DNA of 64,000 bases from Methanocellales archaeon (GTDB taxonomy: Archaea > Halobacteriota > UBA148 > JAUWXC01). A program made the translations under genes and the position numbers. This document shows positions 29,824 to 40,378 of the stretch, in pieces. The notes under the pieces are model-generated. The model was not told where the DNA came from. It was given only the letters and a program-made list of their open reading frames with translations, and searched no databases. Positions within the stretch are counted from its first letter, which is position 1; each line of letters starts with the position of its first letter. Location of the stretch: assembly GCA_030018435.1 (NCBI GenBank), contig JASEEY010000001.1:83641-147640 (forward strand), given 5' to 3'.

Positions 29824-30837
29824 ATGGTTAACGTGGCAATAAATGGTTATGGTACCATAGGCAAAAGGGTAGCGGACGCTGTAGCAGCGCAGGATGACAT
29901 GCACGTTGTGGGCGTCACAAAGACAAAGCCCGACTTCGAGGCAAAATTGGCAATCGAAAAGGGATATGACTTATATGCTGCGATTCCTGAAAAGCAAGAC
30001 GATTTTAAGAGCGCTGGTGTCAACATAGTTGGAACGATTCACGATTTGTTGAAACGTGCGGACATCGTTGTGGACTGCTCGCCTGGTGGCATCGGTGCGG
30101 AGAACAAGCCGATGTATGAAAAAGCAGGAGTAAAAGCAATTTTTGAGGGCGGCGAAAAGCACGATGTCGCAGGATTCTCATTCAATGCAATGTGTAATTA
30201 TGACAAGGCCATAGGGCGGGATTTTGTCAGGGTGGTGTCCTGTAACACCACCGGCATTTGCAGGGTTCTTCACCCCTTGGACAAGGCGTTTGGTGTGGAG
30301 AAGGCAAGAGTAGTTCTGGCCAGGCGTGCAACCGATCCTGCTGACATCAAGAAAGGTCCTATTAATGCAATCGTTCCAGACCCTGTGAAATTGCCATCGC
30401 ATCACGGGCCTGATGTGCAGACAGTTCTACCGCGCATAAACATCACGACGCTTGCCATAAAAGTGCCGACAACGATCATGCATCTGCACATGCTGAATAT
30501 GAAGCTTAAGAACACCCCAGAGCCAGATGACGTTCGAGATATCTTGGGGAAGGCGCCCAGGATACGATTTGTAAGGGCATCAGATGGGATAACATCAACC
30601 GCATCCGTCATCGAGTTGGGCAGAGACTTATGCCGCCCTAGATACGATTTGTGGGAGAACTGCATCTGGGAAGATTCGATCAGCATAAACGATGGCGAGC
30701 TGTACTTCTTCCAGGCGATTCACCAGGAATCGATTGTGATACCAGAGAACGTTGATGCCATCAGGGCGATGATGACGCTGGAGAAAGATGCGCAGAAATC
30801 GATTCAAAAAACGAACAAAGCGATGGGCATCGCATGA
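29824..30837 (+). CDS. gap: Type II (archaeal) glyceraldehyde-3-phosphate dehydrogenase
   Basis: NGYGTIGKRVADA, VVSCNTT, SHHGPD, HQESIV.PEN.DAIRA. Confidence 0.96.
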   Translation: MVNVAINGYGTIGKRVADAVAAQDDMHVVGVTKTKPDFEAKLAIEKGYDLYAAIPEKQDDFKSAGVNIVGTIHDLLKRADIVVDCSPGGIGAENKPMYEKAGVKAIFEGGEKHDVAGFSFNAMCNYDKAIGRDFVRVVSCNTTGICRVLHPLDKAFGVEKARVVLARRATDPADIKKGPINAIVPDPVKLPSHHGPDVQTVLPRINITTLAIKVPTTIMHLHMLNMKLKNTPEPDDVRDILGKAPRIRFVRASDGITSTASVIELGRDLCRPRYDLWENCIWEDSISINDGELYFFQAIHQESIVIPENVDAIRAMMTLEKDAQKSIQKTNKAMGIA

Positions 30838-31262
30838 AGACATTGGTGGTCGCGCACTGCTTGCTCAATCCAACGGTGCGAATTGGTGAGGGTGCTAAGC
30901 TCAAGGTTAGTGGGCCAGTAATACAGTTACCGTGCCCGGAAACGATATATCTCGGGCTGAGCCGCTGGGAGGTGACGAAAAATCAGCTGGACATCCCAGA
31001 GTACAGGGAGTTCTGTCGCAAGTTGTTCAAACCATATGCGGATATGATACAGCAACTGGTCGAAAGAGGTGCAGACGTTGAACTCATCGGAGTGGCAAAA
31101 AGCCCTTCTTGTGGCGCCGAGCTAACAAGCACAGGATATCCTGGTGGGAAAATTGCGATCCACAAACACGAGCATGTGAGCGGTAAAGGCATCTTTTTCG
31201 AAGAGATAGAGGCGGAGCTGAACAGGAGAGGCATCGAACTAAAGTTCAGGGATTTTAAATGA
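30834..31262 (+). CDS. DUF523-like (2-thiouracil desulfurase-like) Fe-S protein
   Basis: HCLLN, QLPCPE, SPSCG, G.G.F. Confidence 0.7.
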   Translation: MKTLVVAHCLLNPTVRIGEGAKLKVSGPVIQLPCPETIYLGLSRWEVTKNQLDIPEYREFCRKLFKPYADMIQQLVERGADVELIGVAKSPSCGAELTSTGYPGGKIAIHKHEHVSGKGIFFEEIEAELNRRGIELKFRDFK

Positions 31263-31537
31263 CCAAAATACGCGCTGAGATTCTCATCTCAGGAGCGGTT
31301 CAAATGGTGGGTTTTCGCTCCTTCACAGCACGACACGCGTCTGCTTTGGGCCTGACGGGATATGTCAGAAATCTGAATGATGGATGTGTTGAAGTCATTG
31401 TGGAGGGAGATGAAGGTAGGGTTGACGACTTAATCTCATTGTTGCGGGAGGGGCCACCGATGGCGCGTGTTACGGATGTGAAAGCCATAAAGAGGGCATA
31501 TACTGGCGAATTTCATCGTTTTGATATCAAGTTTTAA
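31259..31537 (+). CDS. acyP: Acylphosphatase
   Basis: G.VQ.VGFR, GYVRN..DG.VE, GP..A.V. Confidence 0.92.
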   Translation: MTKIRAEILISGAVQMVGFRSFTARHASALGLTGYVRNLNDGCVEVIVEGDEGRVDDLISLLREGPPMARVTDVKAIKRAYTGEFHRFDIKF

Positions 31538-31570
31538 TATGTGCGCTGGATAGAATATGATGAGCACATC

Positions 31571-32410
31571 ATGAAAACAAAGGTATATACCATCGCTTCT
31601 GGCAAGGGTGGCACAGGAAAAACGACGACCGTGATAAATCTCGGTGTTGCCCTTGCAGCATTGTATTCTCGTTATTTTGAGAGGGCAAAAGTCATCATGG
31701 TAGACGCCGATGTCGGCATGGCTAATATGGGACTGGCACTTGGGTTGGAGGAGTGCCTGCCTACGTTGCACGAAGTGTTAGCTGGAAAGGCGAATGTAAA
31801 AGGTGCGATATATGATGGACCTAGTGGGGTAAAAGTCGTGCCAAGCGGCATCTCATTGCAGGGGTCTCAAATATCGTTCAAGAGATTCCCAGATGTTGTC
31901 AAGCAACTTCGCAAGGTGGCTGATTTTGTACTGATTGATGCGCCGCCAGGAATGAGCAAGGAGTGCATGGCGCCGTTAAGGGTGGCAGACGGTATATTCT
32001 TGGTCGTGAATCCAGACCTGGCATCCGTTGTGGACGCCCTGAAAATCAAAACGTTGGCAGAGAGGTATGATAGGGGGGTAGAAGGCGCAATCATCAATAG
32101 GGTTGGCAACAGGAGCGAACTGTCGGTCGAGAAGGTAGAAGAACTGCTGGATCTTGATATTTTACAGGTGGTTCCCGAGGATTCAAAGGTCAGAAAGGCA
32201 TCCATGCTCAGGGTGCCTGTGGTGAGCGATGCACCGAATTCGCCCGCAGCTAAAGCATTTAAGAGATTAGCCACATCTTTGTTTGAAGAGAGATTTGGCA
32301 ATGTTGAAACCCCTTCGGGATTACAACTCTTCCAGTTCTTTAAACTGGAACAGTTGGAGGAAAAGAGTTTTGTCGAAAAACTCAAAGATTTGTTCGTGCG
32401 ACGCTCATAG
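31571..32410 (+). CDS. minD: Archaeal MinD-family ATPase
   Basis: SGKGGTGKTT, DAD..MAN, DAP.G, C-terminal amphipathic helix. Confidence 0.88.
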   Translation: MKTKVYTIASGKGGTGKTTTVINLGVALAALYSRYFERAKVIMVDADVGMANMGLALGLEECLPTLHEVLAGKANVKGAIYDGPSGVKVVPSGISLQGSQISFKRFPDVVKQLRKVADFVLIDAPPGMSKECMAPLRVADGIFLVVNPDLASVVDALKIKTLAERYDRGVEGAIINRVGNRSELSVEKVEELLDLDILQVVPEDSKVRKASMLRVPVVSDAPNSPAAKAFKRLATSLFEERFGNVETPSGLQLFQFFKLEQLEEKSFVEKLKDLFVRRS

Positions 32411-32413
32411 TAT

Positions 32414-34228
32414 GTGGTGGTGAAGGTGGCAAAGAAAAAAAAGAAAGGACGCAAAAAGGCAGCGGAGATCTCGCGGGAGACGTTGGAGAGGTTGATAGCG
32501 CCGAAGGTCGAGGTTTCAAAAAGGGCTAAGGTGAGCGAAGAGATTGAGACTATATGGAAAAAGGCGTTGAAAGAAGGCAAAATGGCCAAAAAAGGACCGA
32601 TCGCGCCCCATGCCAAAGTGGCAAGGGTCAAGACAGTAGAGCGCAAACCGTGGCTGTGGCGCATACGCGAGCGCATATCCAGAAGACCGGTGGAGGAGAC
32701 GTACGATTCAAAAAAACACGGTCCACTGGTCGACTTGGGTATGCCAAAAGATGTTTCGTATGAAGCGATTGATGTGTACCCTGTTAACGAGCCCTATGCC
32801 TATATAAGGGTCGCATGTGAGCCGGCTACACATGAACATCATTACCAAGTTCTTGAGCCAAAGTTGAGCAGGAGCGAGCAAAAATTGCTCGAGGATATAC
32901 GAACCAAGTTAGTCGAGGCGTTGGACGTTGATCTAAGAACGCTCGAAGAAGAAGGTGCTCGCTTATACCTGAAAAATAGCACGAACAAGACCCTGGATGA
33001 GTATCGCATAGAGCTCGGCCCAGTCTCAAGGGAGAAGATCATGTATTACATAATGCGCGAGTTCCTGGGTTATGGTAAAATCGATGCCATAATGAGAGAC
33101 CCCGGGATAGAGGATATCTCCTGCGATGGTCCGGGCATCCCCATTTTCGTGTATCATAAAAAGTACGAGTCCGTCAAAACCAATGTGATATTTGAGGACG
33201 AGGATGAATTGGATTCCTTCATCATCAAGGTAGCCCAGGTCTGCGGGAGACACATATCCATCGCCGATCCGCTGATGGAAGGAACGCTGCCAGGCGGCTC
33301 ACGGGTACAGTTAACGCTGGGCAAAGAAATCACCACTAAAGGAAGCACGTTTACCGTCAGGAAATTCAGGGAAAGTCCTTTTACACCGCCAGACCTCATC
33401 GATTTCAATACTTTTCCAGTTGGAGCGATTGCATATCTCTGGCTGGCTGTGGAAAACAATAAAAGCATCATCTTCGCTGGCGGCACCGCCTCAGGCAAAA
33501 CATCTACGCTCAATGCTGTAGCGTTGTTCATTCCTCCTGAGATGAAGATCGTCTCGATTGAAGATACCAGGGAATTAAATTTACCACATCCGAACTGGAT
33601 TCCAGGCGTTACGAGGGAGACAGCAGGGGAGGTGGTTGGTGCAATCGATATGTATGAACTACTTCGCTCTGCATTGCGACAGAGACCGGAGTTCTTGATC
33701 CTTGGCGAGGTCAGAGGCAAGGAGGCATACGTGCTATTTCAGGCGATGGCCACCGGCCATACCACATTCTCGACGATGCACGCAGATTCTGTATCCTCGG
33801 TAGTACATAGGCTGGAGAATCCACCGATCAATATTCCACGGATACTGCTCAAATCGCTGGACATAATCAGCGTTCAGGCTCAGGCTAGAGTAGGTGGCAA
33901 GAGGGTGCGGAGAATGAAAACGCTAACTGAGATCATTGGCGTGGACGCAAGAACCGGCGAGTTGCTAACCAACGAAGTCTTCCGATGGATTCCTTCATCT
34001 GATGAGTTCGAATATACTGGTCGCTCCTATGTTTTGGAGGACATAATGAAGGAGCACTCCTGGGATGAAAAAGAGTTGATGGAGGAGTTAAAAAGGCGCC
34101 AAGACATATTGGAATGGATAAGGAAAAAGGGCATAACGCACTATGAAGATGTGGCGAAGATAGTGGTCACGTATTACGGGGAGCCCGAAAAACTGATGAA
34201 AACGATCAGGCGGGATGTGCGTGGTTAA
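32414..34228 (+). CDS. Type II/IV secretion (pilus assembly) ATPase
   Basis: GGTASGKT, SIEDT.E, RQRP..ILGEVRG.EA, TGH, T.HA. Confidence 0.93.
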   Translation: MVVKVAKKKKKGRKKAAEISRETLERLIAPKVEVSKRAKVSEEIETIWKKALKEGKMAKKGPIAPHAKVARVKTVERKPWLWRIRERISRRPVEETYDSKKHGPLVDLGMPKDVSYEAIDVYPVNEPYAYIRVACEPATHEHHYQVLEPKLSRSEQKLLEDIRTKLVEALDVDLRTLEEEGARLYLKNSTNKTLDEYRIELGPVSREKIMYYIMREFLGYGKIDAIMRDPGIEDISCDGPGIPIFVYHKKYESVKTNVIFEDEDELDSFIIKVAQVCGRHISIADPLMEGTLPGGSRVQLTLGKEITTKGSTFTVRKFRESPFTPPDLIDFNTFPVGAIAYLWLAVENNKSIIFAGGTASGKTSTLNAVALFIPPEMKIVSIEDTRELNLPHPNWIPGVTRETAGEVVGAIDMYELLRSALRQRPEFLILGEVRGKEAYVLFQAMATGHTTFSTMHADSVSSVVHRLENPPINIPRILLKSLDIISVQAQARVGGKRVRRMKTLTEIIGVDARTGELLTNEVFRWIPSSDEFEYTGRSYVLEDIMKEHSWDEKELMEELKRRQDILEWIRKKGITHYEDVAKIVVTYYGEPEKLMKTIRRDVRG

Positions 34229-35081
34229 TGTCCTTCAAACGTTTGCATATGGTATATTGGGCGACCGGCTCAAGTCGCATAGGGAAAAGTACTACGGACT
34301 TCGGCTGGACATATTAAAAGCAAGGATGAAAACCACGTTCGAAATGTATCTCGCCACCACTTTAGTATGCGCCGTTCTGATTGGAGCTGTGAGCACCGTC
34401 ATCACAATTACAATTGTATACGGCTTCGCCTCCCTCAACATAATTACTGCCAGCCTCTCCATCCTCGTCGGCATCGGATTTTCCATGTTAACATATCTCG
34501 GCTTTTTGATATATCCTTCTTTAGTGGCCGCTAGACGTGGAAGACATATTGATGCAACGCTGCCATACGCCATCAACTACATCGCCGCCATGGCAGGGGC
34601 AAAGGTCATACCTGCAGATGTCTTTCGCTCGCTGGCAAGGGCAGACATATATGGGGACATCGCCGTCGAAGCGAGATATATCGTCAGGGACATCGACCTG
34701 TTCGGGCGTGATTTGAATACCGCTATAAAGAACATCGCTGCGACCACACCATCTCTACGCTTACAGGAGTTTTTGTATGGTGTGATCACGACGAGTACGT
34801 CTGGCGGCGAGCTTGAGCCATATTTTAGGATCAAGGCTGAGGTGTATACCAGCGAGAACAGGCGGGCACAGAAGGAGTTCATCGAAACCCTGGGCTTCAT
34901 CGGCGAGATGTATGTGGCAGCATTCGTAGCCGGACCCCTACTTCTCATCATCATGTTGTCCGTCATTTTGATGTTGAGTGGTGCCCCCCCTACGCTTTTA
35001 TATCTAATCGCATATCTCCTCATCCCATTGGGGGCGCTCATTACAATATTTGCGACCAAGATGGCCGCTCCGAGTGCGTGA
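34215..35081 (+). CDS. Type II secretion F / TadC-like membrane platform protein
   Basis: ID..LP, TPS..L.EFL, TM pattern; operon context. Confidence 0.85.
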   Translation: MCVVNVLQTFAYGILGDRLKSHREKYYGLRLDILKARMKTTFEMYLATTLVCAVLIGAVSTVITITIVYGFASLNIITASLSILVGIGFSMLTYLGFLIYPSLVAARRGRHIDATLPYAINYIAAMAGAKVIPADVFRSLARADIYGDIAVEARYIVRDIDLFGRDLNTAIKNIAATTPSLRLQEFLYGVITTSTSGGELEPYFRIKAEVYTSENRRAQKEFIETLGFIGEMYVAAFVAGPLLLIIMLSVILMLSGAPPTLLYLIAYLLIPLGALITIFATKMAAPSA

Positions 35082-35085
35082 TAAG

Positions 35086-35952
35086 ATGAACTTCAATCTT
35101 GTTAAAAAGATCAAGGCGATTCCTACGGAAAATCCCCTCTATGCGATGATTCTCAGCATACCCGCTGCCATAATATTCCTTCTCTCTGGCTTGCACGCGT
35201 ACTGGAATACGCCTCTCGTCGACGATGTGGTCATTTTTACCGTGCTCATTGCAGTTACGCCGCCCGGTTTTGCGCAATATTATCGATATGTGCGCATAGG
35301 GAGAATCGAAGAATGCTTCCCGGATTTCATAAGAGATCTAGCTGAGATCAAGCGATCCGGAACGATGCTTCCCAGGGGCTTGAGGGCTGTGGCAAAGGGC
35401 GAATATGGTGCTCTAACCCCCGAGATAAAGAAAATGGATGCGATGGTGTCATGGGGCATCCCGTTTGAAGAGGCGCTGAAGGACTTTGCCAAAAGGGTAA
35501 AAACGCCGTTGGTCACGCGAACCGTTTCGCTAATCATCCAAGCCGAGAGAGCAGGGGCAAACGTTCCAGACATACTGGAGGTGGCTGCGAAAGATGCCAG
35601 GGAGATCAAGGCATTGGAAGATGAACGGCGCGGTAGTATGGCCATATACGTTGCGATATGTTATCTAGCGTCTTTCGTCTTTCTTTTTGTCATCATGATT
35701 CTATCGGCTTTTTTCTTGCCAGTAATGTCCGAAGCAGGGGCATCTATCGGGGGGGCCGGGGGAATTTTCCTCAGGGAGTTTGATCCAATGGTGTATACGA
35801 GGCTGTTCTTCCACACAGCAATCATTCAAGCGTTCGCATCAGGACTCGTTGCTGGCCAGATGGGCGAGGGCGAGATCACTGCTGGGTTAAAACATTCTGT
35901 AATTCTCATACTTATCGTATATGGAGCATTTGTGTTCATGCAATACGTTTGA
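35086..35952 (+). CDS. Type II secretion F / TadC-like membrane platform protein
   Basis: FPDF.RDL, YG.L..E, GL.AG.M.EG...GLKH. Confidence 0.85.
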   Translation: MNFNLVKKIKAIPTENPLYAMILSIPAAIIFLLSGLHAYWNTPLVDDVVIFTVLIAVTPPGFAQYYRYVRIGRIEECFPDFIRDLAEIKRSGTMLPRGLRAVAKGEYGALTPEIKKMDAMVSWGIPFEEALKDFAKRVKTPLVTRTVSLIIQAERAGANVPDILEVAAKDAREIKALEDERRGSMAIYVAICYLASFVFLFVIMILSAFFLPVMSEAGASIGGAGGIFLREFDPMVYTRLFFHTAIIQAFASGLVAGQMGEGEITAGLKHSVILILIVYGAFVFMQYV

Positions 35953-37150
35953 TGACCTCGCTCAGTGTCAATAACTCCTGTTCGCCCGTCTTCATGTCTT
36001 TGAGCGTTACCCTTCCCGCTTGCAGTTCTTTTGGTCCCACGATGACTGCATGCGAAGCTCCAATTGCGTTGGCATATGATAGCTGGGCGGTGATGCTCCG
36101 CCCCATCACATCGACGTATGTCGGTATATGCTCTCTCAGGGAAAGTGCAATCTTGAGCGCATCCTTTCTCGTCTCATCTCTTGTTATGACGACGACTCTC
36201 TTTTGAGCCCCCATCTTTACATCCAGCGCCTCGACGACCCTGTCAAAACCGAAGGCGAAGCCCGTAGCGGGTACATCCTCTCCATCCAGCAGATGCGCCA
36301 GGCGATACGCCCCTCCACCGCATATCTGATTCTGCGCACCCAGATTTTTCGCGTATATTTCGAACACCATGCCGGTATAATATTCCAGACCTCTGGCGAT
36401 GCCAAAATCGGTCTTGTATCTGACACCGAGCGCATTCAGTATCTCCAACACATTTTCAAACTGTCGCAACTCAGAAACATCTCCGACGATCTCGCGCGCC
36501 TCATCGACATTCTTGCTCTTTATCAGAGCTAGAAGCGCATCCTTTAATGTGGCATCCCTGTCTTTCAAGAGTTTCACAAGCCCCTGCCTATCCTTTTTAT
36601 CGATGCACCTCATGGCTGCGCGTTGCACTTCCGGCGCTAACGAGCGCATGAGTCCTCTGAGCACGCCCAAGTGCCCAATGTGCAAATCTCCCTTGAGCCC
36701 TATTTCATCCAGCATGGTGGACGCAAGTGCGATGACCTCGGCATCTGCCTCCGGCCTATCGCTGCCTATGAGCTCAACCCCGAAATGCCAGAACTCCCTG
36801 AAGCGGGCCTTCTGGGGTCGCTCGTATCTGAAGCAGTTTCCAAAATAATAAAATCTGAGCGGCTTTGGCTTTTTCTGAAGCTTGTTTACATACATTCTAA
36901 TTACGGGCGCGGTCAATTCCGGGCGGAGCGCCAGCGCCCTTCCGCCTTTATCCTTGAACTCGTAAATCTCCTCCACGATTGCCTCGCCGGACTTGATGGT
37001 GAACAATTTCAGGTCCTCAAAGGTCGGCGTTTGAATCTCCTGGTACCCCCAGCGTTCTGCAATCTCTCGCATTTTGCATTCAATCAAACGCCTCTTTGCC
37101 ATGTCCAGGGGTAAAAAATCGCGTGTCCCTCTCGGTCTCTGGACCTTCAT
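35936..37150 (-). CDS. hisS: Histidyl-tRNA synthetase
   Basis: [32 protein letters not shown]. Confidence 0.96.
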   Translation of the reverse strand: MKVQRPRGTRDFLPLDMAKRRLIECKMREIAERWGYQEIQTPTFEDLKLFTIKSGEAIVEEIYEFKDKGGRALALRPELTAPVIRMYVNKLQKKPKPLRFYYFGNCFRYERPQKARFREFWHFGVELIGSDRPEADAEVIALASTMLDEIGLKGDLHIGHLGVLRGLMRSLAPEVQRAAMRCIDKKDRQGLVKLLKDRDATLKDALLALIKSKNVDEAREIVGDVSELRQFENVLEILNALGVRYKTDFGIARGLEYYTGMVFEIYAKNLGAQNQICGGGAYRLAHLLDGEDVPATGFAFGFDRVVEALDVKMGAQKRVVVITRDETRKDALKIALSLREHIPTYVDVMGRSITAQLSYANAIGASHAVIVGPKELQAGRVTLKDMKTGEQELLTLSEVIKRIA

Positions 37151-37830
37151 TTCTTGCCCTCTCGAACCCGCCTCAGGTACTCGTTTATCATCGCCGGAAA
37201 TGATGTTGCATCGACGTATCTCAGTCCCAGCCGCTCGGCCCATTTTCTGATGCCGTGGTCGGCTGCCACCACGGCTGCATCCAGTTCTTTTGCCAGAAGC
37301 AGAACGTCGATGTCAGGTGTGCTGTCCAGGATTCCATAGCGCAGCGCGTTCCTGTACTTGTTCCTGAACTTGGAAATGTTACCGCCGATGACCTCGCGCT
37401 CGATTTTTTCTTCTATATCCTTTTTGCTCTTGGCCTTCGTTTTCGCGAGCAGGCATTCTCTGGCTGCGTCCCTTATCGCCTCTTCGGCGACGACCATGCC
37501 CTTGTTAATCCTGCTCCGCATGTAGTCGACATAATCGTGAAATATCTCGGCGGGAATCTTCACCTCAAAACGGTCAGGGGTCTTCTTGACCAGCCAGGTA
37601 TCGATCTTCGACAATAACTCTTCTCCCGCATCCTGCCGCCTGGCGATGTCCCTTATCTCGCTGTACACGGTGGGATATGGCACGTAGCAGCTTATCTCCA
37701 GGTGCAGCCTGGCCTCGGCGATGATATCCAGAATGGCGCTCATGCCATCATACAGGGAGGCGTAACCTTCTTTCTTTCGCGTCTGAACATCGGTCAGCGC
37801 TGTCGTGTCCAGCACAAATCGCTGTCGCAT
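37147..37830 (-). CDS. RNA-free RNase P (HARP, PIN/UPF0278)
   Basis: RFVLDT, KTPDR.EV.IPA, R.RINKG, LR.GILDS..D.DVLLLA.EL, D.GI..WA. Confidence 0.88.
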   Translation of the reverse strand: MRQRFVLDTTALTDVQTRKKEGYASLYDGMSAILDIIAEARLHLEISCYVPYPTVYSEIRDIARRQDAGEELLSKIDTWLVKKTPDRFEVKIPAEIFHDYVDYMRSRINKGMVVAEEAIRDAARECLLAKTKAKSKKDIEEKIEREVIGGNISKFRNKYRNALRYGILDSTPDIDVLLLAKELDAAVVAADHGIRKWAERLGLRYVDATSFPAMINEYLRRVREGKK

Positions 37831-37925
37831 GTTTGTTACCCCTATGACGTTATTTATAACTACGCGTATATCATTTAATACTTCTTCCAAAGAAGATATT
37901 AGTGAGTCGAACATAGTAGGTAGCG

Positions 37926-38684
37926 ATGTGTCTAAGGGACATACTCAGCAGGGTAAAAAACGGCGACATGGACCTCATCGAGGCAGAGAAACAGATAAGG
38001 CTCTATGGGTATCAGAGCGTTGGCAAAATCGCCAAACTTGACGCGTGTAGAATGGCAAGGATTGGCGTACCAGAGGTAATTTTGGCAGAGGGGAAGAACG
38101 CAGAAGACCTCATGGACATAGCCATGGCTCAATTGAAGTCAGAGGGAAGGGCTATCATCACGAGGGTATCGGACGAGCAGCTGGGCGCGCTACGAAAAGC
38201 ATCCAAGGTGGAATGGCATCCACATGCAAGGGTAGCAATTCTTCGGAAAAAGAAGAAGTCCTCTACAGACGGGGTTGTAGGCATCATCGCTGCGGGAACC
38301 GCCGACATCCCGGTCGCCGAAGAAGCCAGGATCATCGCGGAAGAGATGGGCTGTAAAGTCATCACCGCATACGATGTGGGTGTTGCGGGCATTCATCGAC
38401 TCTTTTCAGAGTTGAGTAAAATGATCGACGCCGGTGTGGACGCGCTCGTGGTCGCGGCCGGCAGGGAAGGGGCGCTGCCGGCGGTGGTGGCAGGTCTTGT
38501 GGACGTGCCGGTTATCGGTCTTCCTGTATCTACGGGATATGGCGCTGGCGGTAGTGGCGAAGCCGCTTTACTATCAATGCTCCAGTCGTGCTCGGTACTT
38601 TCAGTGGTGAACATCGACGCTGGCTTTGTCGCAGGAGCGTTCGCCGCGAAAATCGCCAACAAGGCAAGAGAGGACAAAAAATGA
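37926..38684 (+). CDS. larB: LarB / PurE-like NPN cofactor biosynthesis protein
   Basis: G.PEV...[32 protein letters not shown]. Confidence 0.88.
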   Translation: MCLRDILSRVKNGDMDLIEAEKQIRLYGYQSVGKIAKLDACRMARIGVPEVILAEGKNAEDLMDIAMAQLKSEGRAIITRVSDEQLGALRKASKVEWHPHARVAILRKKKKSSTDGVVGIIAAGTADIPVAEEARIIAEEMGCKVITAYDVGVAGIHRLFSELSKMIDAGVDALVVAAGREGALPAVVAGLVDVPVIGLPVSTGYGAGGSGEAALLSMLQSCSVLSVVNIDAGFVAGAFAAKIANKAREDKK

Positions 38685-39121
38685 GGCCTACTGTGGATGA
38701 ATACTTCATGGAGATAGCATCTGTGGTGGCAAAAAGGTCCACATGTTTAAGAAATCAGGTTGGGGCGGTGATCGTAAGAGACAAACGAATCCTTGCAACC
38801 GGCTACAATGGCGCTCCCAGAGGACTGGCACACTGCCTCGACATTGGATGCATCAGGGAGCTGAACGAGATTCCGTCCGGAGAGCGCCATGAATTGTGCA
38901 GGGCGGTCCACGCAGAGCAGAACGCGATACTGCAGGCGGCCATCCACGGCGTGAGCACGGAGGATGCAACCATCTACTGCACCCACCAGCCGTGCATCCT
39001 GTGCGCCAAGATGATGATAAACGCGGGAATAAAGAAGGTCGTCTTCGCAAACCAGTATCCAGACACGGAGGCGCTTGAATTTTTAAAACAGGCCCATGTT
39101 GATGTTGTGAGGTTTGGGTAG
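38681..39121 (+). CDS. dCMP deaminase (ComEB family)
   Basis: RSTC, GYNG.P, HAEQNA, PC..CAK. Confidence 0.92.
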   Translation: MRPTVDEYFMEIASVVAKRSTCLRNQVGAVIVRDKRILATGYNGAPRGLAHCLDIGCIRELNEIPSGERHELCRAVHAEQNAILQAAIHGVSTEDATIYCTHQPCILCAKMMINAGIKKVVFANQYPDTEALEFLKQAHVDVVRFG

Positions 39122-39125
39122 GTCA
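39023..39125 (+). repeat. Direct repeat copy 1 (native 3' end of dCMP deaminase gene)
   Basis: 39023-39122 matches 39651-39750 at 95/100; 39056-39125 matches 40379-40448 at 70/70. Confidence 0.95.
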
Positions 39126-39215
39126 GCTGTCCGGCTGTCCTTTACGACAAGGTTTTTATGCTCCCGGACACACATAATCATGTCTGCAGGAACGTGGGTG
39201 CTGCAAGGTGATGAC

Positions 39216-39416
39216 ATGAAGTTCAAGGTTGTGATCAGAGAAGGGGAGGATGGCTGGTATGTCGTTGAGTGTCCATCTCTACCCGGCTGTATTTCTCAAG
39301 GAAAAACTAAGAAAGAAGCCCTGGAGAACATCAAAGAGGCCATCGAGCTTTATCTGGAGCCAGAAGAAGTTCAGGTGACGCAGAAAGGAGAGCGAATAGT
39401 AGAGGTAACAGTGTGA
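39216..39416 (+). CDS. hicB: HicB-family antitoxin (short form)
   Basis: Y.VECP.LPGC.SQG.T..EAL.NI.EAI.LYL. Confidence 0.92.
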   Translation: MKFKVVIREGEDGWYVVECPSLPGCISQGKTKKEALENIKEAIELYLEPEEVQVTQKGERIVEVTV

Positions 39417-39640
39417 CAAGACTGCCGGTTATCTCTGGGGAAGAAGCGATTAAGGTGTTGAATAAGGCTGGTTTTGTTTTCGTTAGGCAGAAAGGAAGTC
39501 ATGTCAGGATGAAGAAGGTCACATCTGAGCGGACCATTAATGTGACCATACCACTTCATGATGTTTTAGATAGGGGCACGCTGAGGAGCATTATTAGAAG
39601 TGCTGGCTTGACCGTTGAAGAGTTCGTTGAATTGTTGTAA
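39413..39640 (+). CDS. hicA: HicA-family mRNase toxin
   Basis: GF...RQKGSH, V.IP.H....GTL.SI. Confidence 0.92.
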   Translation: MTRLPVISGEEAIKVLNKAGFVFVRQKGSHVRMKKVTSERTINVTIPLHDVLDRGTLRSIIRSAGLTVEEFVELL

Positions 39641-39650
39641 GAAACAGGTT

Positions 39651-39750
39651 GCGGGTATCAAAAGGGTCGTCTTCGCAAACCAGTATCCAGACACGGAGGC
39701 GCTTGAATTTTTAAAGCAGGCCCATGTTGATGTTGTGAGGTTTGGGTAGG
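39651..39750 (+). repeat. Direct repeat copy 2 (displaced dCMP deaminase 3' end, 100 bp)
   Basis: 5 mismatches to copy 1, four synonymous and one K>R in the deaminase frame. Confidence 0.95.
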
Positions 39751-39786
39751 ATGAAGCGTTGTAAAGATGAAGATTAGTCAAATACC

Positions 39787-40089
39787 TCACGCTTCGGGCT
39801 GGACGATCATCTTCTTGTTTTCGACCATTATCCTTACATCTTCGCCCTTCTCTAAATTTAGTGCCTCTTCCACAGACCGGGGTATTCGAAGTACCAGACT
39901 GCCGCCTACCTGCCCGATTTTTCTCGTCACAGCGATTTTCAAGAGTTTTTCTTTTTGTGCCAGCATTTTTCTCATCTGTTTCTCTGTAAACTCGACCTCT
40001 CCACATTTTGGGCATTTATAGCCCTCGCTGATTATGCCTGCCACTTCAACCTTCTTTTTCTCCATAATTTCTCCACATTCGCACTTCAT
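39787..40089 (-). CDS. Putative antitoxin: MqsA/YgiT-type Zn ribbon fused to AbrB/MazE domain
   Basis: C.CG...CPKCGE then RKIGQVGGSLVLRIP. Confidence 0.78.
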   Translation of the reverse strand: MKCECGEIMEKKKVEVAGIISEGYKCPKCGEVEFTEKQMRKMLAQKEKLLKIAVTRKIGQVGGSLVLRIPRSVEEALNLEKGEDVRIMVENKKMIVQPEA

Positions 40090-40090
40090 T

Positions 40091-40312
40091 TTAATCTCCT
40101 ATCGTTATGACCCTGAATCTGTCCGGGAGCTCCTTTACGACAAGGGTTATCTTCCTTTTCTTAAACTTTTTTGAGACTTTGTACATGTTCTTGCCAAACG
40201 GTTTCCATTTGCCTGTTAACAACACCTCGTTGACCATGTCCAGATCTGTTACGCGAAACAATCTGTCGAACATGTGTTTCGTATAGGTGACTTTCTTCCC
40301 TCTGACAATCAT
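40091..40312 (-). CDS. Putative toxin, DUF4258/RelE-like
   Basis: 73 aa, basic, YTKH...R...R and C-terminal VITI; directly upstream of the antitoxin. Confidence 0.68.
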   Translation of the reverse strand: MIVRGKKVTYTKHMFDRLFRVTDLDMVNEVLLTGKWKPFGKNMYKVSKKFKKRKITLVVKELPDRFRVITIGD

Positions 40313-40314
40313 TC

Positions 40315-40355
40315 ATATCTTCTTGATATCATTTTAATATCTTTTTGTATTTAAG
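40315..40355 (-). promoter_or_regulatory. TA promoter: TATA box (CTTAAATA) and three ATATC repeats at 11-bp period
   Basis: atatc at 40315, 40326, 40337; minus-strand TATA at 40348-40355. Confidence 0.5.
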
Positions 40356-40378
40356 AGTTTGGTGTGCGTCAGAATAAA

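Noticed and set aside
31571-35952. MinD + ATPase + two TadC as a novel system
   Set aside because: A known archaeal type IV pilus-like locus type; pilins are commonly encoded elsewhere.
39119-39211. Pyrrolysine read-through of the dCMP deaminase TAG
   Set aside because: The protein is already full length, the sequence after TAG differs among the repeat copies, and no pyl genes are in the window.
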